From positions 21,452,001 to 21,516,000 of the forward strand of contig NC_092674.1 in the NCBI RefSeq assembly GCF_964355755.1: a stretch of DNA of 64,000 bases, written 5' to 3'. A program made the position numbers and the translations under genes. This DNA comes from Antedon mediterranea (Eukaryota > Animalia > Echinodermata). Below are positions 1 through 12,562 of this stretch, in pieces; position 1 is the first letter of the stretch, and each line of letters starts with the position of its first letter. A model generated the notes under the pieces. The model saw only the letters and a program-made list of their open reading frames with translations. It was not told the DNA's origin and made no database searches.

Positions 1-351
1 AACATTTATACTGACATTTTACAAAATTGATAAAAAGCTGATGTAGTCGAATCTACAGTAGGACACAAAGTGTAAACATTTTCATATACCAATCACAAAC
101 GTCATGTCTTACGCATCTGGAATGAGGCACACACTTTTTGGCTAAAGCTCTCATACCACACACCTCAAGAAGCAAAGTATTTAGAGAGACAGCCCATAAA
201 CTTGAAAAGAAAAACAGGACAACAGGAGAACCGGAAACTGAACCAAAAACTGGAATGGAGACGTAGAATTTCAGAGTACCAAAAGAGTAAAATATAAAAT
301 ACAGTATATAAAATATAAATCCAATATAGGATATGATACCCTATATAATAC

Positions 352-3300
352 CTTGGCCTTTAGACGATTTCTTTTCAAGATTTTGCAGTCTGCTGTCTAA
401 TTCACTAACTTGACCTTCGACACCTTGCAGTCGATTCTCAAATATCTCAGTAAGATCATTGTTAAATATATGTTTCAAATCAGGGTTCTGATTGAAAAAC
501 TCATTAAGGCTTTCCTTCAGGTCTTCTTTATTCTGAATAAATTATAGAGTTTATTATAGCTCTATAAATGTCTTATAAATTATGATTTAATTATGTCATG
601 GTGACCGCAATTTGGATGTTTCAAAACAGTGAAGTCAGAAAATTAGAAGATGCATTTAATATACAAGATGGCCTGCTGTTTCTGTTTCTATATAGTTCAT
701 AAAGAACTACAGTTCAATTGGATGTATTTGAATCTGGATTATATTGCGGCAATCTCACCTGAGTGGATAATTGATCTTCTATACTATCAAATTTTTGTTC
801 CAATGCTTTGAAACGTTGAGAAATAAGATCTATCTCAAGTAGTTCAAATTCACTTGAGGTTGCACTATAAATAAAAAGTAATAGAGTTGACAAATCAACC
901 ATTATTTTTCGGTTCTTTTACTGGACTGAATGTATGTGTATCTGGTAGTACTGGAACCAGGGAAAGCAGTTTGACATACAGTGATACATGATGGGATGAT
1001 TAAATGCCTGTTTCACACTAGGTTATTATCAATGGTTATCCTATAGAATAAAATATTTACAAATTTCTTTTGGTTTATTAAAGAAAAATGTATGTTCATC
1101 TATTTATCTTAATCGTTAACCTCCTAGTGTGTCGCAGCCTTAAATTTTGGTTTTATATATTTACCCTTTACTGTCAGCTGAATCAACTGCTTCTGAGCAT
1201 ACTTTAAACTCAAACGTATCTAACTGAAAAGTAAATGAAACAATGTTACTTGTATTATTATTATTTATTATTTTACTGTTTTTATATTATGTATTATAGA
1301 TTTTAATATCTCTGAGTTTAGGTACCGTCATTTCCATAGTAGTGTATATAAAGGTGCCAGAAAATTAAAAACTAATATAAAATATTTCACAAATAAATTG
1401 AAGGCAATCTTCATTTGATCAATGATAATAGTTAGTATTTGATACAGTACCTCAGTAACATTCTGCATATTGAGCCGAACTTGTTCGCTGGCGGCATTTG
1501 GTAAATTTACTAATCTATCAAACATTTTCAGAATTGTGTCTAAATACTCCTTCAATTTGTCATGCGATACTTTCATGTCAGTTGAATGCATTATAGAGTT
1601 TCTTACAGAAATGACCTACAGTAATAAATGAAAAACATGAATTTTTTTTCAATATATATATATATATATATACATACACATGTTATACAGTACAGTATAA
1701 AAAAAAACACAGAACAGATGAGTACAATTTAACAAATGTCATAAAACAATAAAAGAAGATTTATAAAATATCCTCCTAAAAATGTCCTCTCTCTTTTCAA
1801 TTTCTTTAGGATATTATATTAAAGATGTATTGTCCCTTTGACTAATTCCAAAAAAATAAAATATAAAAGATTTCGAAAAAAGATGGGTCATTTTGAAGTA
1901 TCATAATAGTTATTAACTATCACCAAAAATTTTTCAAAAAAAAATAAAAATTTAACTGAAATACAGACGTTTTTTTGTTAAAAAAATAACTTTGACTTCC
2001 AGTCAAAGTTTTCAATCAAAACATATCCCATAATGAAACGCGCTTGTTTGGATACTCTGTATGCATAATCATAAAACTTCCTCATGATCTGTGTGAAAAT
2101 ACCTTCTTAACCGTGACGAGTTGTAAACAATCCTAATTTAGCATATGCATAATGCGTACTCATGGTTTGAAATCTTTGTTTACTTTCGCTCGTGACGATT
2201 TTCCAGATGAAATGTAATCAAACTAATTTACCTGTTAATTACGTAAATTTGTTGTTTTTGGCTCAAATTTTCGACTTAAAGTGAATAACTTTAATATTAC
2301 TTTGATATGGCCACTTTAAATTTAGAATATTTTGACCTTCATTTTTTTGTGTTTCAAGGGACAATACATCTTTAAATTATAATATTTTCAATCCCACACC
2401 TCACCGCCTCCAAAAAGGAAAGAAAATAGAACAGCAATTTGGTTAGGTGATGTTCCTGTAATGATTCAAAATAGTACTCTACAAACACAATTTCTTGTTA
2501 TCTTATGCTTGCCTTTTTTAGCACAGGTAGCCTCGACAAGAGGAATGAATTAATAAGATAAATATTAATTCTGTTTTATAAAAATGTTTGTTAGGTTAGT
2601 AAGTTACAACTCACTAGTATCTATATAACAGTAGTTCTGCAGACCTCCCAACTCGAAAAAATGAAATATTGGGAGTTTTTATGAGCATTTCCAAACTATA
2701 GAGGGTGTTTAAAAAAAATGACATCAAACCATGTGGTTGCTTTAAAAATGGAAAGATATTGGCATCTATAAAAGTAAACATGTTGGATGTCATAGAATAC
2801 TAAAAGCGAGAAAATGCAGAAACTCAATATTTTATTATTATTTTTTTTCTCTTTTGTGGCGCAAACACCACTTTTATTCACATTCATATTATTATCTCAT
2901 ATTACATAAAATCGTATTATTTAACTTGTAAATGTCGTTTGATCGGCCGCCGTAACTTAACATCGCGCGCATTGTGATAAATTTCTGTTTTTATTTTTGG
3001 GGTTAGTGTAACCTTCTCTGTGCATACTAATATACACACAAATATGCCACACAAATAAAATATTGAACCTCTAAAAAAAGGGCACCTTTAAAATTTAGGG
3101 GGGGTCCGGACCCCGTGGACCCCCCCCCCCTTGGATCCGCCCCAGTCATATGAAGCCTAGAGGTAGTAGAAATTTTATTTTTATCCCTAAAGAAATTGAG
3201 TGGAAGATATTTACAAAATATCGGGAGTCTTCACGATTATCGGGAGAGTTGAGAGGTCTACAGTAGTTCTAATACAAGTGGATTCTGTGCAATCTTAAAA

Positions 3301-6046
3301 GATTAAAACACTGAAGAATGTGTTTTTTTCATATGTTATATTGTGCTATATAATTTACAATAGACGAAGCCTTTAAAAAAGTTTGTTTGCTGTTAACGGG
3401 AGAAGTTCCCCTGAAATCAAAATTACTAACAATTTAATTTTTTTTATCTTTGTAAAATGTTTTTCTGGGCTGGAAGGGTGCTTGTAAAGAGGGAAAGGGG
3501 ATCCAGAAAACAAACAAGTTTTTTTGGCCTTGTTTATTATGGTACAGTTTAAATATTAACATCTCCAATATAAATTATAAAGTAAAGTAGGATAGAGTGC
3601 ATTTAGAGTGAATAGGGAACCAATCACAATTTATCTTATTATTTGAAGGGTTTAATGTTCCTCAACATTAGCAGGTGTGCACCATTTCTCACCTCTACTT
3701 CAACCATGGGATGGTTTCGGTTGAATATTCTGATCATATACTTTCTGGAAAGTTTTCTACATATTTGATCATTTAAAAATATTAACTAATTGAAATTGAT
3801 TGATTAAATAATGATACAAAGAAAAACACACACTTTTCTAAATGGTTAAAGTTTACAAAAATAGGAGGAAATGGGAATTAGAAAATTCAAAAGGAAGAAA
3901 ATATTATTATGGTATAGTTTAAATATTAACATCTCCAATATAAATTATAAAAGTAGAGTAGAATAGAGTGCATTTAGAGTGAATTGGGAACCAATCACAA
4001 TTTATCTCATTATTTGACTGGTTTAATGTTCCTCAACATTAGCAGGTGTGCACCATTTCTCACCTCTACTTCAACCATGGGATGGTTTCGGTTGAATATT
4101 CTGATCATCTACTTTCTGGAAAGTTTTCTACATATTTGATCATTTAAAAATATTAACTAATTGAAATGTATTGATTAAATAATGATACAAAGAAAAACAC
4201 ACACTTTTCTAAATGGTTAAAGTTTACAAAAATAGGAGGAAATGGGAATTAGAAAATTCAAAAGGAATAAAATATTATTATGGTATAGTTTAAATATTAA
4301 CATCTCCAATATAAATTATAAAAGTAGAGTAGAATAGAGTGCATTTAGAGTGAATTGGGAACCAATCACAATTTATCTCATTATTTGACTGGTTTAATGT
4401 TCCTCAACATTAAGAGGTGTGCACCATTTCTCACCTCTACTTCAACCATGGGATGGTTTCTGTTGAATATTCTGATCATCTACTTTCTGGAAAGTTTTCT
4501 ACATATTTGAACATTTAAAAATAGTAAAATGGGTTAAGTTTACTATACTTTATAATTATCTAAAACAACATTTGTAATAAGAAATAAGTAACACTATTCT
4601 AGTACGTGAAATAACTGTAGTAATAATTTAATTTCTTTACTATAAAACGTATGCTGGGTCAACAAAATTAAACCATTACTGAAGAACCAAATCAATTCAA
4701 CAACAGGAAGCTGAGCTCGCCTTGCCAAGATAGGAACTTATAACAGTTCTTTGATCTTATGTCTGGATGTGACAAATACTATTTGCGGTTACAGTACAGT
4801 ACATTATTCTCCAGTTTCTGTTTAGGGCGTGAAACTGATCGTGTCGCAACCAAACATAAAACATTTGATCTAATTGAGCTCAGCTTCCTGTTGTTAGATT
4901 GCCTACAGTTAGTGTCCACAACTCCTGGAAAATAAACAAAGTGCAGCAAAATATGCTAACTGAAAAATAATTAATCTTGGTGATAACGCAGTGTAACATG
5001 GTGGAACCAAACCCTATCAGTTATTTAACTTGGAACACTACATTCCTGAGGTGGGTCTTCCAAGGAAAGTCAATCAGGATGTGGTACCATTTAATTAGTC
5101 ATCCTTTCTGTCCCCTTAATATAAATATATGTTTTGTAGTTAAGTTAGTTAGTTCGGATATTGATTCTTGAGACTATAACATCAGTCAGAATCACTACAT
5201 TTTCACATCGTTTTATCCTCTAACTTTTGATTGAATAAATATTATATTTTGTACATTGAATAATTTTGTGCCATCGTTATTGTCTTGGCCCTCGACACGA
5301 CTACCGTTACATGGTGGCAGTGGTTTTTCAGAACTCACGAAGAAAAAGAAAATTTATACAGTATAACCAAGCTGTTAGAATTTAGAAGAAACAAAAGAAA
5401 AGTAACGCAAGTAAAGAGTGAGTAGTGACCACAACTCCTGGAAAATACAAAAAGTGCAGAAAAAATATGCTAATTGAAAAATAATTATTCTTGGTGAAAA
5501 CAACACATTTCCAATAGCAAAAATAGGAGGAAATGGAAATTAGAAAATTCAAAAGGGAGAAAATACATTCAATTAAATCATTAATCTACAGTAACTTACC
5601 TTTTCAATTCGAGTCTTTGCAACATCAGGTTGAAATATTTTACATGTATGCATGAGATTTAAGATAGCGCTTATATCTGGTTCGTAGGCTCCTCCTGGCT
5701 TTTGTCCACGTGGCATGTATGTCTTCGCAACTTCCCACTTGTTTATTGGCCAGTCCTTTGGGTCGACGTTCGACCAATATGTCATTTTTCTATTACTGTG
5801 TTTCTCAAATATATCAGTTTTCCATGCATTGCATATTTTACAATTATCAGGTGGTTCTTTTTTTGGTTTACACGATTTGCATTGTCCAAGATGCATCTTA
5901 TCTGCCTTTAACTGGTCATGAAATTGTGTTATCTTTTGTTCTGAGAATGGTTTTAAACTTTCATTTAATAGATTAAGTGCTTGACCAGATTTTATCCAAT
6001 TCTTGTACTCCGAATTGTTGAGACGTTGCTGTAAACTTGTTGGCAT
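352..6046 (-). CDS. CXorf38: CXorf38/DUF4559-like protein; exons 6046-5600, 1615-1451, 1223-1165, 864-759, 532-352 (then either a further exon outside the window or read-through to a stop at ~341)
   Basis: RLNNSEYKNWIKSG, CKICNAWK, WEVAKTYMPRG, DISAILNL, VRNSIMHSTDMKVS and EFFNQNPDL follow, in order, the motifs I recall from vertebrate CXorf38. All introns are GT-AG with compatible phases (0,0,2,0). Confidence 0.85.
1823..2371. mobile_element. Non-autonomous Kolobok-type MITE
   Basis: Terminal inverted repeat AGATGTATTGTCCCTT / AAGGGACAATACATCT flanked by TTAA on both sides (1819-1822, 2372-2375); no ORF. Confidence 0.7.
2639..3261. mobile_element. MITE (hAT- or Mutator-like), same terminus as the element starting at 63373
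   Basis: CAGACCTCCCAACTC ... GAGTTGAGAGGTCTA inverted ends; direct repeat AGTAGTTCT at 2630-2638 and 3262-3270. Confidence 0.55.
3535..4525. repeat. Intronic tandem repeat, ~370-bp unit, ~2.7 copies
   Basis: TATTATGGTA recurs at 3535, 3905 and 4276 with near-identical intervening sequence; a fragment recurs at ~5519-5565. Confidence 0.9.
4699..4895. mobile_element. Small MITE-like element
   Basis: Perfect 20-bp inverted repeat AACAACAGGAAGCTGAGCTC (4699-4718) / GAGCTCAGCTTCCTGTTGTT (4876-4895). Confidence 0.6.
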
Positions 6047-6228
6047 CGTGGTTTTTAAAGTCTAAATAAAAATAGCATTCAAATAAATTCTTCATTATTA
6101 TAGATAACAGTAATTAGTATCTCTTTTTTTTGGTACAACCCAATTCAGGATTAAAAAAATGAGGGTAAATAAAATATGTTTTACCACTACTACGGCAAAC
6201 CTCTATTCAAGAAACCTGCCTCAGCAGA

Positions 6229-7105
6229 TTTTCCACTAGGCGAATTTGTTGAAACCATTCAAACTATTTTCTTAGCGCTATATGCACATGTTCACTGGAC
6301 CCTGACTTCGCTCTCTTCCGTGCCAAACTTTCGAAAAGAATCCCCTCTTCAGTTTGGTTATGTTGAAAAGAAGCCCATCATGCAAAGAAGCCAATCTTGA
6401 AAAGAAGCCTTACACAAGAGTCTAAAAATCGAGGTTTATGGTAAATGCTATAAACAGCAATTAACAAATTGATATTTGGACAATGCAAGGCAATTATATC
6501 AGCACATCATGCCCACCAAATGTTATGCTCCTCCACAAAATAATCTTAAATCTTATATACAATAATCAATCTGTGGTAATATTACAAGATCAAAAGACGA
6601 TCCAAAATGTTTCACTAATGATCACTATTCTGTGTTACAGCTAAAACGTGTATGGATTGGTTATTTTTTGTTGAAACAAAGAATTATGTGTTTCAATTGA
6701 TTAATTGAAACCAATTATTCTTGGTGGACCTTGGCTTCAGAAACAGCTGGCACTTTAATGTTGACAATACTATTGCTACTGTAGGTTGTTTAGGGTATGT
6801 TCATTATTTTTGTGTCTGAACTAAGCTACAAGCGTTAAGCCTAAATTCCACTAGGTGAAATTGTTTGCACAAATCAAAAGCATCAACTTTTACACACATG
6901 CATATTCATGTTTTCGTCTTCCAAATCCCTCTCTGCAAAATTCTAGTTCCTTGAGTTCAAATCACAACCAATCAAAGCTCACTCATTTGAATCAAAAAGC
7001 TCAGCAGAAAGGCGATGAACATGAAAATAAAAATGTTGAAAGGGTAGTGCGATTTTTTTCTCTGCAAAAGTTGGATTGGAGCAAACAAATTCGCCTAGTG
7101 GAAAA
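6229..7105. mobile_element. MITE remnant(s), possibly PIF/Harbinger-like
   Basis: TTTTCCACTAGGCGAATTTGTT (6229-6250) is inverted at 7084-7105; a third related end lies at ~6846. Confidence 0.45.
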
Positions 7106-8127
7106 CAGTATTTAGACCTTGCATTGGCATTCATACAATGCTAGCAGACAAGGGCAGTTGATGGCTCATTGATTTCGGCCGCCAGTAATTTCGGCCACTG
7201 ATTATGGAACGGCAAAAGTCATGGCACGTCACCCAGCAGAACTTTAAACTATTGTATATTGATCATTTCGGCCGCAAGAATATGTGTGACAAGCCATTTG
7301 TGCCAAAATATTTATAATTTTACTTATATTCCCTGAAATATAAACTCATACAGTTTTGATATTTTAGTACACAAGGAAAAATCGTTATAGTCTATTTTAT
7401 TATCAATTACAAATTAGTATTAAAAAACGTCATCATTACCAAAAAAATAATGTTGTGTTAAAAAGGGGAACCCCAGACTCATAACGCATGATACTGTACA
7501 TGTGGCATTGCATGAATTTTGCTGTTCCATAACTGGTGGCCGAAAAGCAGTCTGGTGACCCCATGACTTTGCTGTCAAAGTTCACTGGTCTAGCTAGTAG
7601 GCCTAGCTTGAATGAAGTAGGCCTAGATAGGCCTATACACTCAATACTTTCGTAGAGGAAAATCAGGTAATGACCTAAATGCCCAGATATGTATGTTGTA
7701 GCCAACATTTTGACATTGTATCGCATGAAACGTTTTAGGAGGGTTGGAAATACTGAAAACATACAAAATAGTCTGAGCCAAAAAGTGAATTTTATGATTA
7801 ATTTTATATTTAAAAGACCTGTGTGTGACGTCACAACAAAGCATGTCATCTTCAGCATGTCTTCGGAAGCAACATCAATAAATGTACAGGTAGCCCCTTT
7901 CATCTGGCCAGACGCAACACATCTATGCCTATCGCTAGTTCCGAAAACTTAGTAGACCACCTCTAGGCTATCTAGGCCTAGCCCTTATCTTATACTTCAG
8001 GCCCTGGTTAGCAAGTTTTAGGCCTACCTGTCTGTAACCTCCTACTACTACACAGAGGGCCTAGCCTAGCTAGCTAGCATAGCCAGGCTTCTTTATCATT
8101 TATTTTATGATGATTATATTAAATCTT

Positions 8128-8320
8128 ACTTACCAACTCAATTGAAAAACTGATTATTTCTTAATTTATTTTTAGCTTATATACCTTGCTAGGCCTATAG
8201 TAGTCTATATAGTAGGCTAGTAATGTATAGCAATTACAATTTGGATTTTCTTTCCGGTTATTTTCATTTTATTATCAGAATAGGAAATTCCAAATAATGT
8301 TGGTGGCGCTGTTCTATAAA
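8128..8320 (-). promoter_or_regulatory. Candidate promoter / first non-coding exon of the CXorf38-like gene
   Basis: Minus-strand donor G|GTAAGT at 8133-8128, ETS-like CCGGAA at ~8252-8257; the ATG exon has an acceptor at 6063-6062, so an upstream UTR exon is expected. Confidence 0.3.
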
Positions 8321-8914
8321 GTTTAAAACGCCGTTTACGCCCGAGTAATTTGTGAGGATAAAAATTACATCGATTAAATTCCTGCCATTATTATATCAAG
8401 ATTTTTTTAATGAAAAATTACAATCATCTCCAATAAGACTTGTCTTGTGAACAAGATTGCCAGCTATAATGATAAATTTGCTTATGGTTATCTTTGGCAA
8501 TTTACCTACATAATAAACAAGAAATATTTCTAACAAAAAACGCCGCTCGACATTTTAAAATTAATCATTGTTCTTTTGATTAATTTATGATAAATTATTA
8601 AAAGGATGTCATACAATCTTCACATGAATACCGGCCATATAGTTCTTTAATTATGAATCACATGCCCATTTTTTCACTAGGTAATTGTATACATACACAG
8701 CATTTAAAAGAAGACATGTGTACCTTTCCAACAATGTTTTATTTGCCAACAAATATTAATCTACTAATTCAAAAATGGCATTTAAAAATGGTCAATTTTG
8801 AACTTTAATGTGCTGTAGGCCTAGCCTGTTTGTCTGTGACCTCAACCTGAACTGTAGGCATGCAACTGAATACCCTCTAGAGACAACGTGACTTCAAGTT
8901 GGTTGGTACTGTCA

Positions 8915-9085
8915 CACCCGAAATCAGTCCGGGCCAAAATTTGGCTGCCAAAATCAGTCCGGGGGACCATTTATGGCTGCCAAAACCTGTCCGGCCGGAC
9001 CAATTTTGGCCACCAAAACTGGTCCGGCCTAGATAAAATCGGTCCGGGCAGTAGGACTGTTTTTGGCCGCCAAATATGGTCCGGT
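8915..9085. repeat. Array of short direct/inverted subrepeats (GGACCAATTTTGGC / GCCAAAACTGGTCC), likely a transposon subterminal region
   Basis: Motif repeated several times in both orientations. Confidence 0.55.
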
Positions 9086-10170
9086 CTTACAAAAATATAT
9101 GGTGCGCAAAATGAGTCATAATGTATATATCATTAAAAAAAGGCCATGATTAGTTATATTATATTGAAAACTACGGGGTTTTATTTGTTATTTTAATATT
9201 ATAAATTAAGCCTGTTTTTTTTATAATCATTGTAGTAACTCATCAGTACTAATTGCTTTTTGTATACAATATGTATCTCTGCCTGTTTTCCAGTTTTTTT
9301 TTTAACATCTTCGTTTCCCCATGATGTTAACAACAATTAAATTTATTAATTATTTATGGTTAATCAATCAATATATAAATTCAATACAATTATTATAAAA
9401 CAACTATCCAATATAGGCTGAGGAAGAAAAAAGGCCCAATCATAAATAAAATCTAGCTGGCAATGCAGCGTCTCATACCAGTTTATGTGAGTGTGTGGCA
9501 GGCTGAAATATGAGTGAACACTTAAGTCATGTTTTTATATAAAATACATTTATTTATAGTATTTATCCGACAAGATAACTTACCTCGGACCATATTTATC
9601 GTGACAGTACAAGTGGAAATTCTTCCACAATCTGTTGATTCGCGTCAACCAATCAAAGAATCAAGAATCCGAAATCGTTCAAACGTGAGCCCTCATAGAC
9701 TCTTTTCCCAGACGTTTTTTTTTTTGGGTCCAGCAGCTGGGACCTACTGTATAAATATTATAGTCGAGTATGCATTTTAGCAAAAACGTCAGTCTCTTGT
9801 TGGCCTACTATAACTGCTGCTTGCTTTCAGCTTATAAATGATCAGTCATCTCTTGTGACGTAGCGGTAGCGGGCTAGCAGCAGCGTGAATAAAATGTACA
9901 TACTTTATTATATTATTATATATAAAGATGATTAGGTATTTATTTTTGTTCGAACAGCCTGTCGTGTTACTTTGTAGAAACAACCCGGTATCGACGAGCA
10001 AAATAATGACACTCCTGATGATCATATTACGTTTTACTTTGCGCCCTCAACCGTCGGATAGCACTCCGCCCTTCATTTGCATAAGAGGTGGTGCGGTATG
10101 CATAGCACGAAACGCACTCGCAGAAACCACATCATATCACGTCGCTACCTCTAAATATATTTTTACAAAA

Positions 10171-12562
10171 ATGGGAAAAATAAGCAATATTTTACGCAAT
10201 ATTCGACGAAAGAATGTATTCACCTTAATTGCTTGACATCTGAAATGAAGCGTTGTATAGGAACCTGGACTCAATTTTAGCAATTGCAAATATCCTTTGG
10301 CTGTAGTTTGTATATAGTAACGGCAGAAGTCACTCGTGCCACTGGGCCTTCAGCCGTCTTTTCATACATATTCGCTGGTATCTCAGTTTTCATTATATCG
10401 ATGTGTATATCTGAATTTGCTGTAAGATTTCCTAAGGCGGGATCTGTATATTACTACAATTACGTTGCTTTTGGAGAATTGTGTGTATTTTTTACTGGTT
10501 GGAATGCTTGTTTTGAGAAATTGATCACGTGTGCAGCTATAGCAAAAGCCCAGAGTAACTTCATTAACTACCTGTCCGATTCAGCAATACAGAATGTTAC
10601 CATCGAGTATATTTTAAACGGCAATGCTTGGGATCATCCGGTTTTGGTGAATTATCCGGATTTTTAGCCAGTTTTATTGTGATTGCAGTTTGCATAGTTT
10701 TAGCTCTTAGTACCGAACTGTCTTATCGTGTTAGTACTGCTTTTGTAGTTATAAACGTTTTTGTTATTTTGACTATATTAAGTGCAGGTGTTTATTATTC
10801 AAATTTTTCGGTATGGGCGGATAATGGAGGATGTTTCCCACGAGGAGCAGGAGGAGTTATATTTGGAATTACCAGCTGTTTCTGGGTATTTACAGGATTC
10901 GATGATATTACATCATACAGCGAAGAAATTATTAATCCAACAAATAGCATCCCTATGGCTATTAATGTGGAAATCGGTGACACAGGGGTAATAAATATAA
11001 TTGTTATTTTAGTGATATCGTTAGTGCAGCCGTTCCATGAATTAGACCAGAACAGTATACTAACATCTGTATTTACGTCACACAGCAATACATGGATGAG
11101 TATAGTGATTGTAGTAGGTGTTATGACGGCAGTTGCCGGAATCATTGTTACGCTATCCGCTGTTGCACGTAGCATTCAAAACATGGCGGCAGACGGATTG
11201 ATTTTCAAGTCACTTGCGCTAATTGATAAGCGCACGTTGGTCCCTGCACGATCCACCATTTCACTTGGTTTTATTTGCTCCATTATGGCCATGCTATTTG
11301 ACGTCTTAAAGCTGGTAGAATTTTCTGTTCTTAGCGCTCTGAGTGCTTATTTAATAACATCAATTGAAATTATAATTATAAGATACCGCGATCCAAATGT
11401 TAATAATTCCAAAAGCCCTACTCTTACTCAATACGGAAACAACAACGAATATGCGCTATTGTTTACTAGCAACAAAACCAAATTAAATGGTAAACAAACA
11501 TTTAAAATAAATGTAACCAAATATTACACAGACACATTGCTGGAAAGCTACTCCGTCGAATTGATCGCAACGTGGTGTGTTACGCTGATTGTTTTCTTTT
11601 TGATAGCAATTTTTGTTGTACTTGTACATTTTCATAATTTCCTGTGGATACAACCTAATTTATGTGTCATCATTTTGATGTGTTTCATGTGCTTCGCTAC
11701 TGCCATTCTGCTTTTTGTTTTGGTGCTGTGTAAAGAATTGAATATACCAACTGGATATAAGGTATTCTTTTCGCTCCTGCTTTGGCTTTTCCAAAGTACT
11801 AATGTATAACGAAAACAGTTTTTTTTCCTTTTTGTATTTGTTTCGCTCTTTCTTTTGTATATTTTTTTGCAATTGTTGTCATTTAGTTATTATTTTTTTA
11901 CGTGTGATCCAAATTATAGAAATTTCAATGATTACAATGAATTCTTTGTTTCTTTTATTCAGATTCCAGTGACTCCATATTGTCCTCTACTTGCCGTCAT
12001 CATCAACATAATCTTCATTCTTCTTATGAAGCCGATAACTTGGATTTGTTTTTTCTTCTGGAACGTTGTAGTTTAGTAATACCCTCTTTTCACTGTTATA
12101 ATATGTTCGAATAACTGACGGATAAACCGATTGATAATCGACCCCAATGTAAGAAAATGATGATACCAAGATCGTAAATTTCAGTAACACCGTCAAGATC
12201 ATATAAAAATGATCATACACCCGTTCATAAACGGATATAAATCAATTTCAGTTAGATTAAAGCTAATTTAAAATTCAGGTTCCATTTGTAGGTCCAAGAA
12301 GTATTGAAATGAAATACAAAATTATTTCCCAATATGTATTATATCTCATATTGTATACATATTTTAAATGGAAATTCATGCATGATCTTTTTTTTTTTTT
12401 TTTGCATAATTTAATAGTTTTTACTTCTTATCTCTAATATTTTACTTGTTCTTTTTTTCTGCAGGATTACTACTCTACATATTTTATGGATATCGGTATA
12501 GCATTGGGAAGACTAACAGAGACAAAATGATGAACAAACTCCACTTCTTACGCACAACATAG
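10171..12562 (+). pseudogene. Cationic amino-acid transporter (SLC7/CAT, APC superfamily), disrupted; exons 10171-11761, 11963-12071, 12465-12562
   Basis: MKRCIG, GPSAVFSYIFAG, EFAVRFPKAGSVY, YPDF, FTGFD, EEIINP, MAADGLIFK, IPVTPYCP and GLLLYIFYGYRYS are CAT-family motifs. Frameshifts near 10225 and 10660, stop at 10278, and the required phase-1 donor at 12072 reads TT rather than GT. Confidence 0.8.

Noticed and set aside
3660-3760. snoRNA in the 370-bp repeats
   Set aside because: No well-formed C/D or H/ACA box arrangement found.
7436-7952. Overlapping ORFs of 67-155 aa
   Set aside because: No motifs, no splice support; lie in repeat-like intronic sequence.
10795-11175. Antisense ORFs over the transporter, and similar ones over pol genes
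   Set aside because: Expected shadows of the coding strand.
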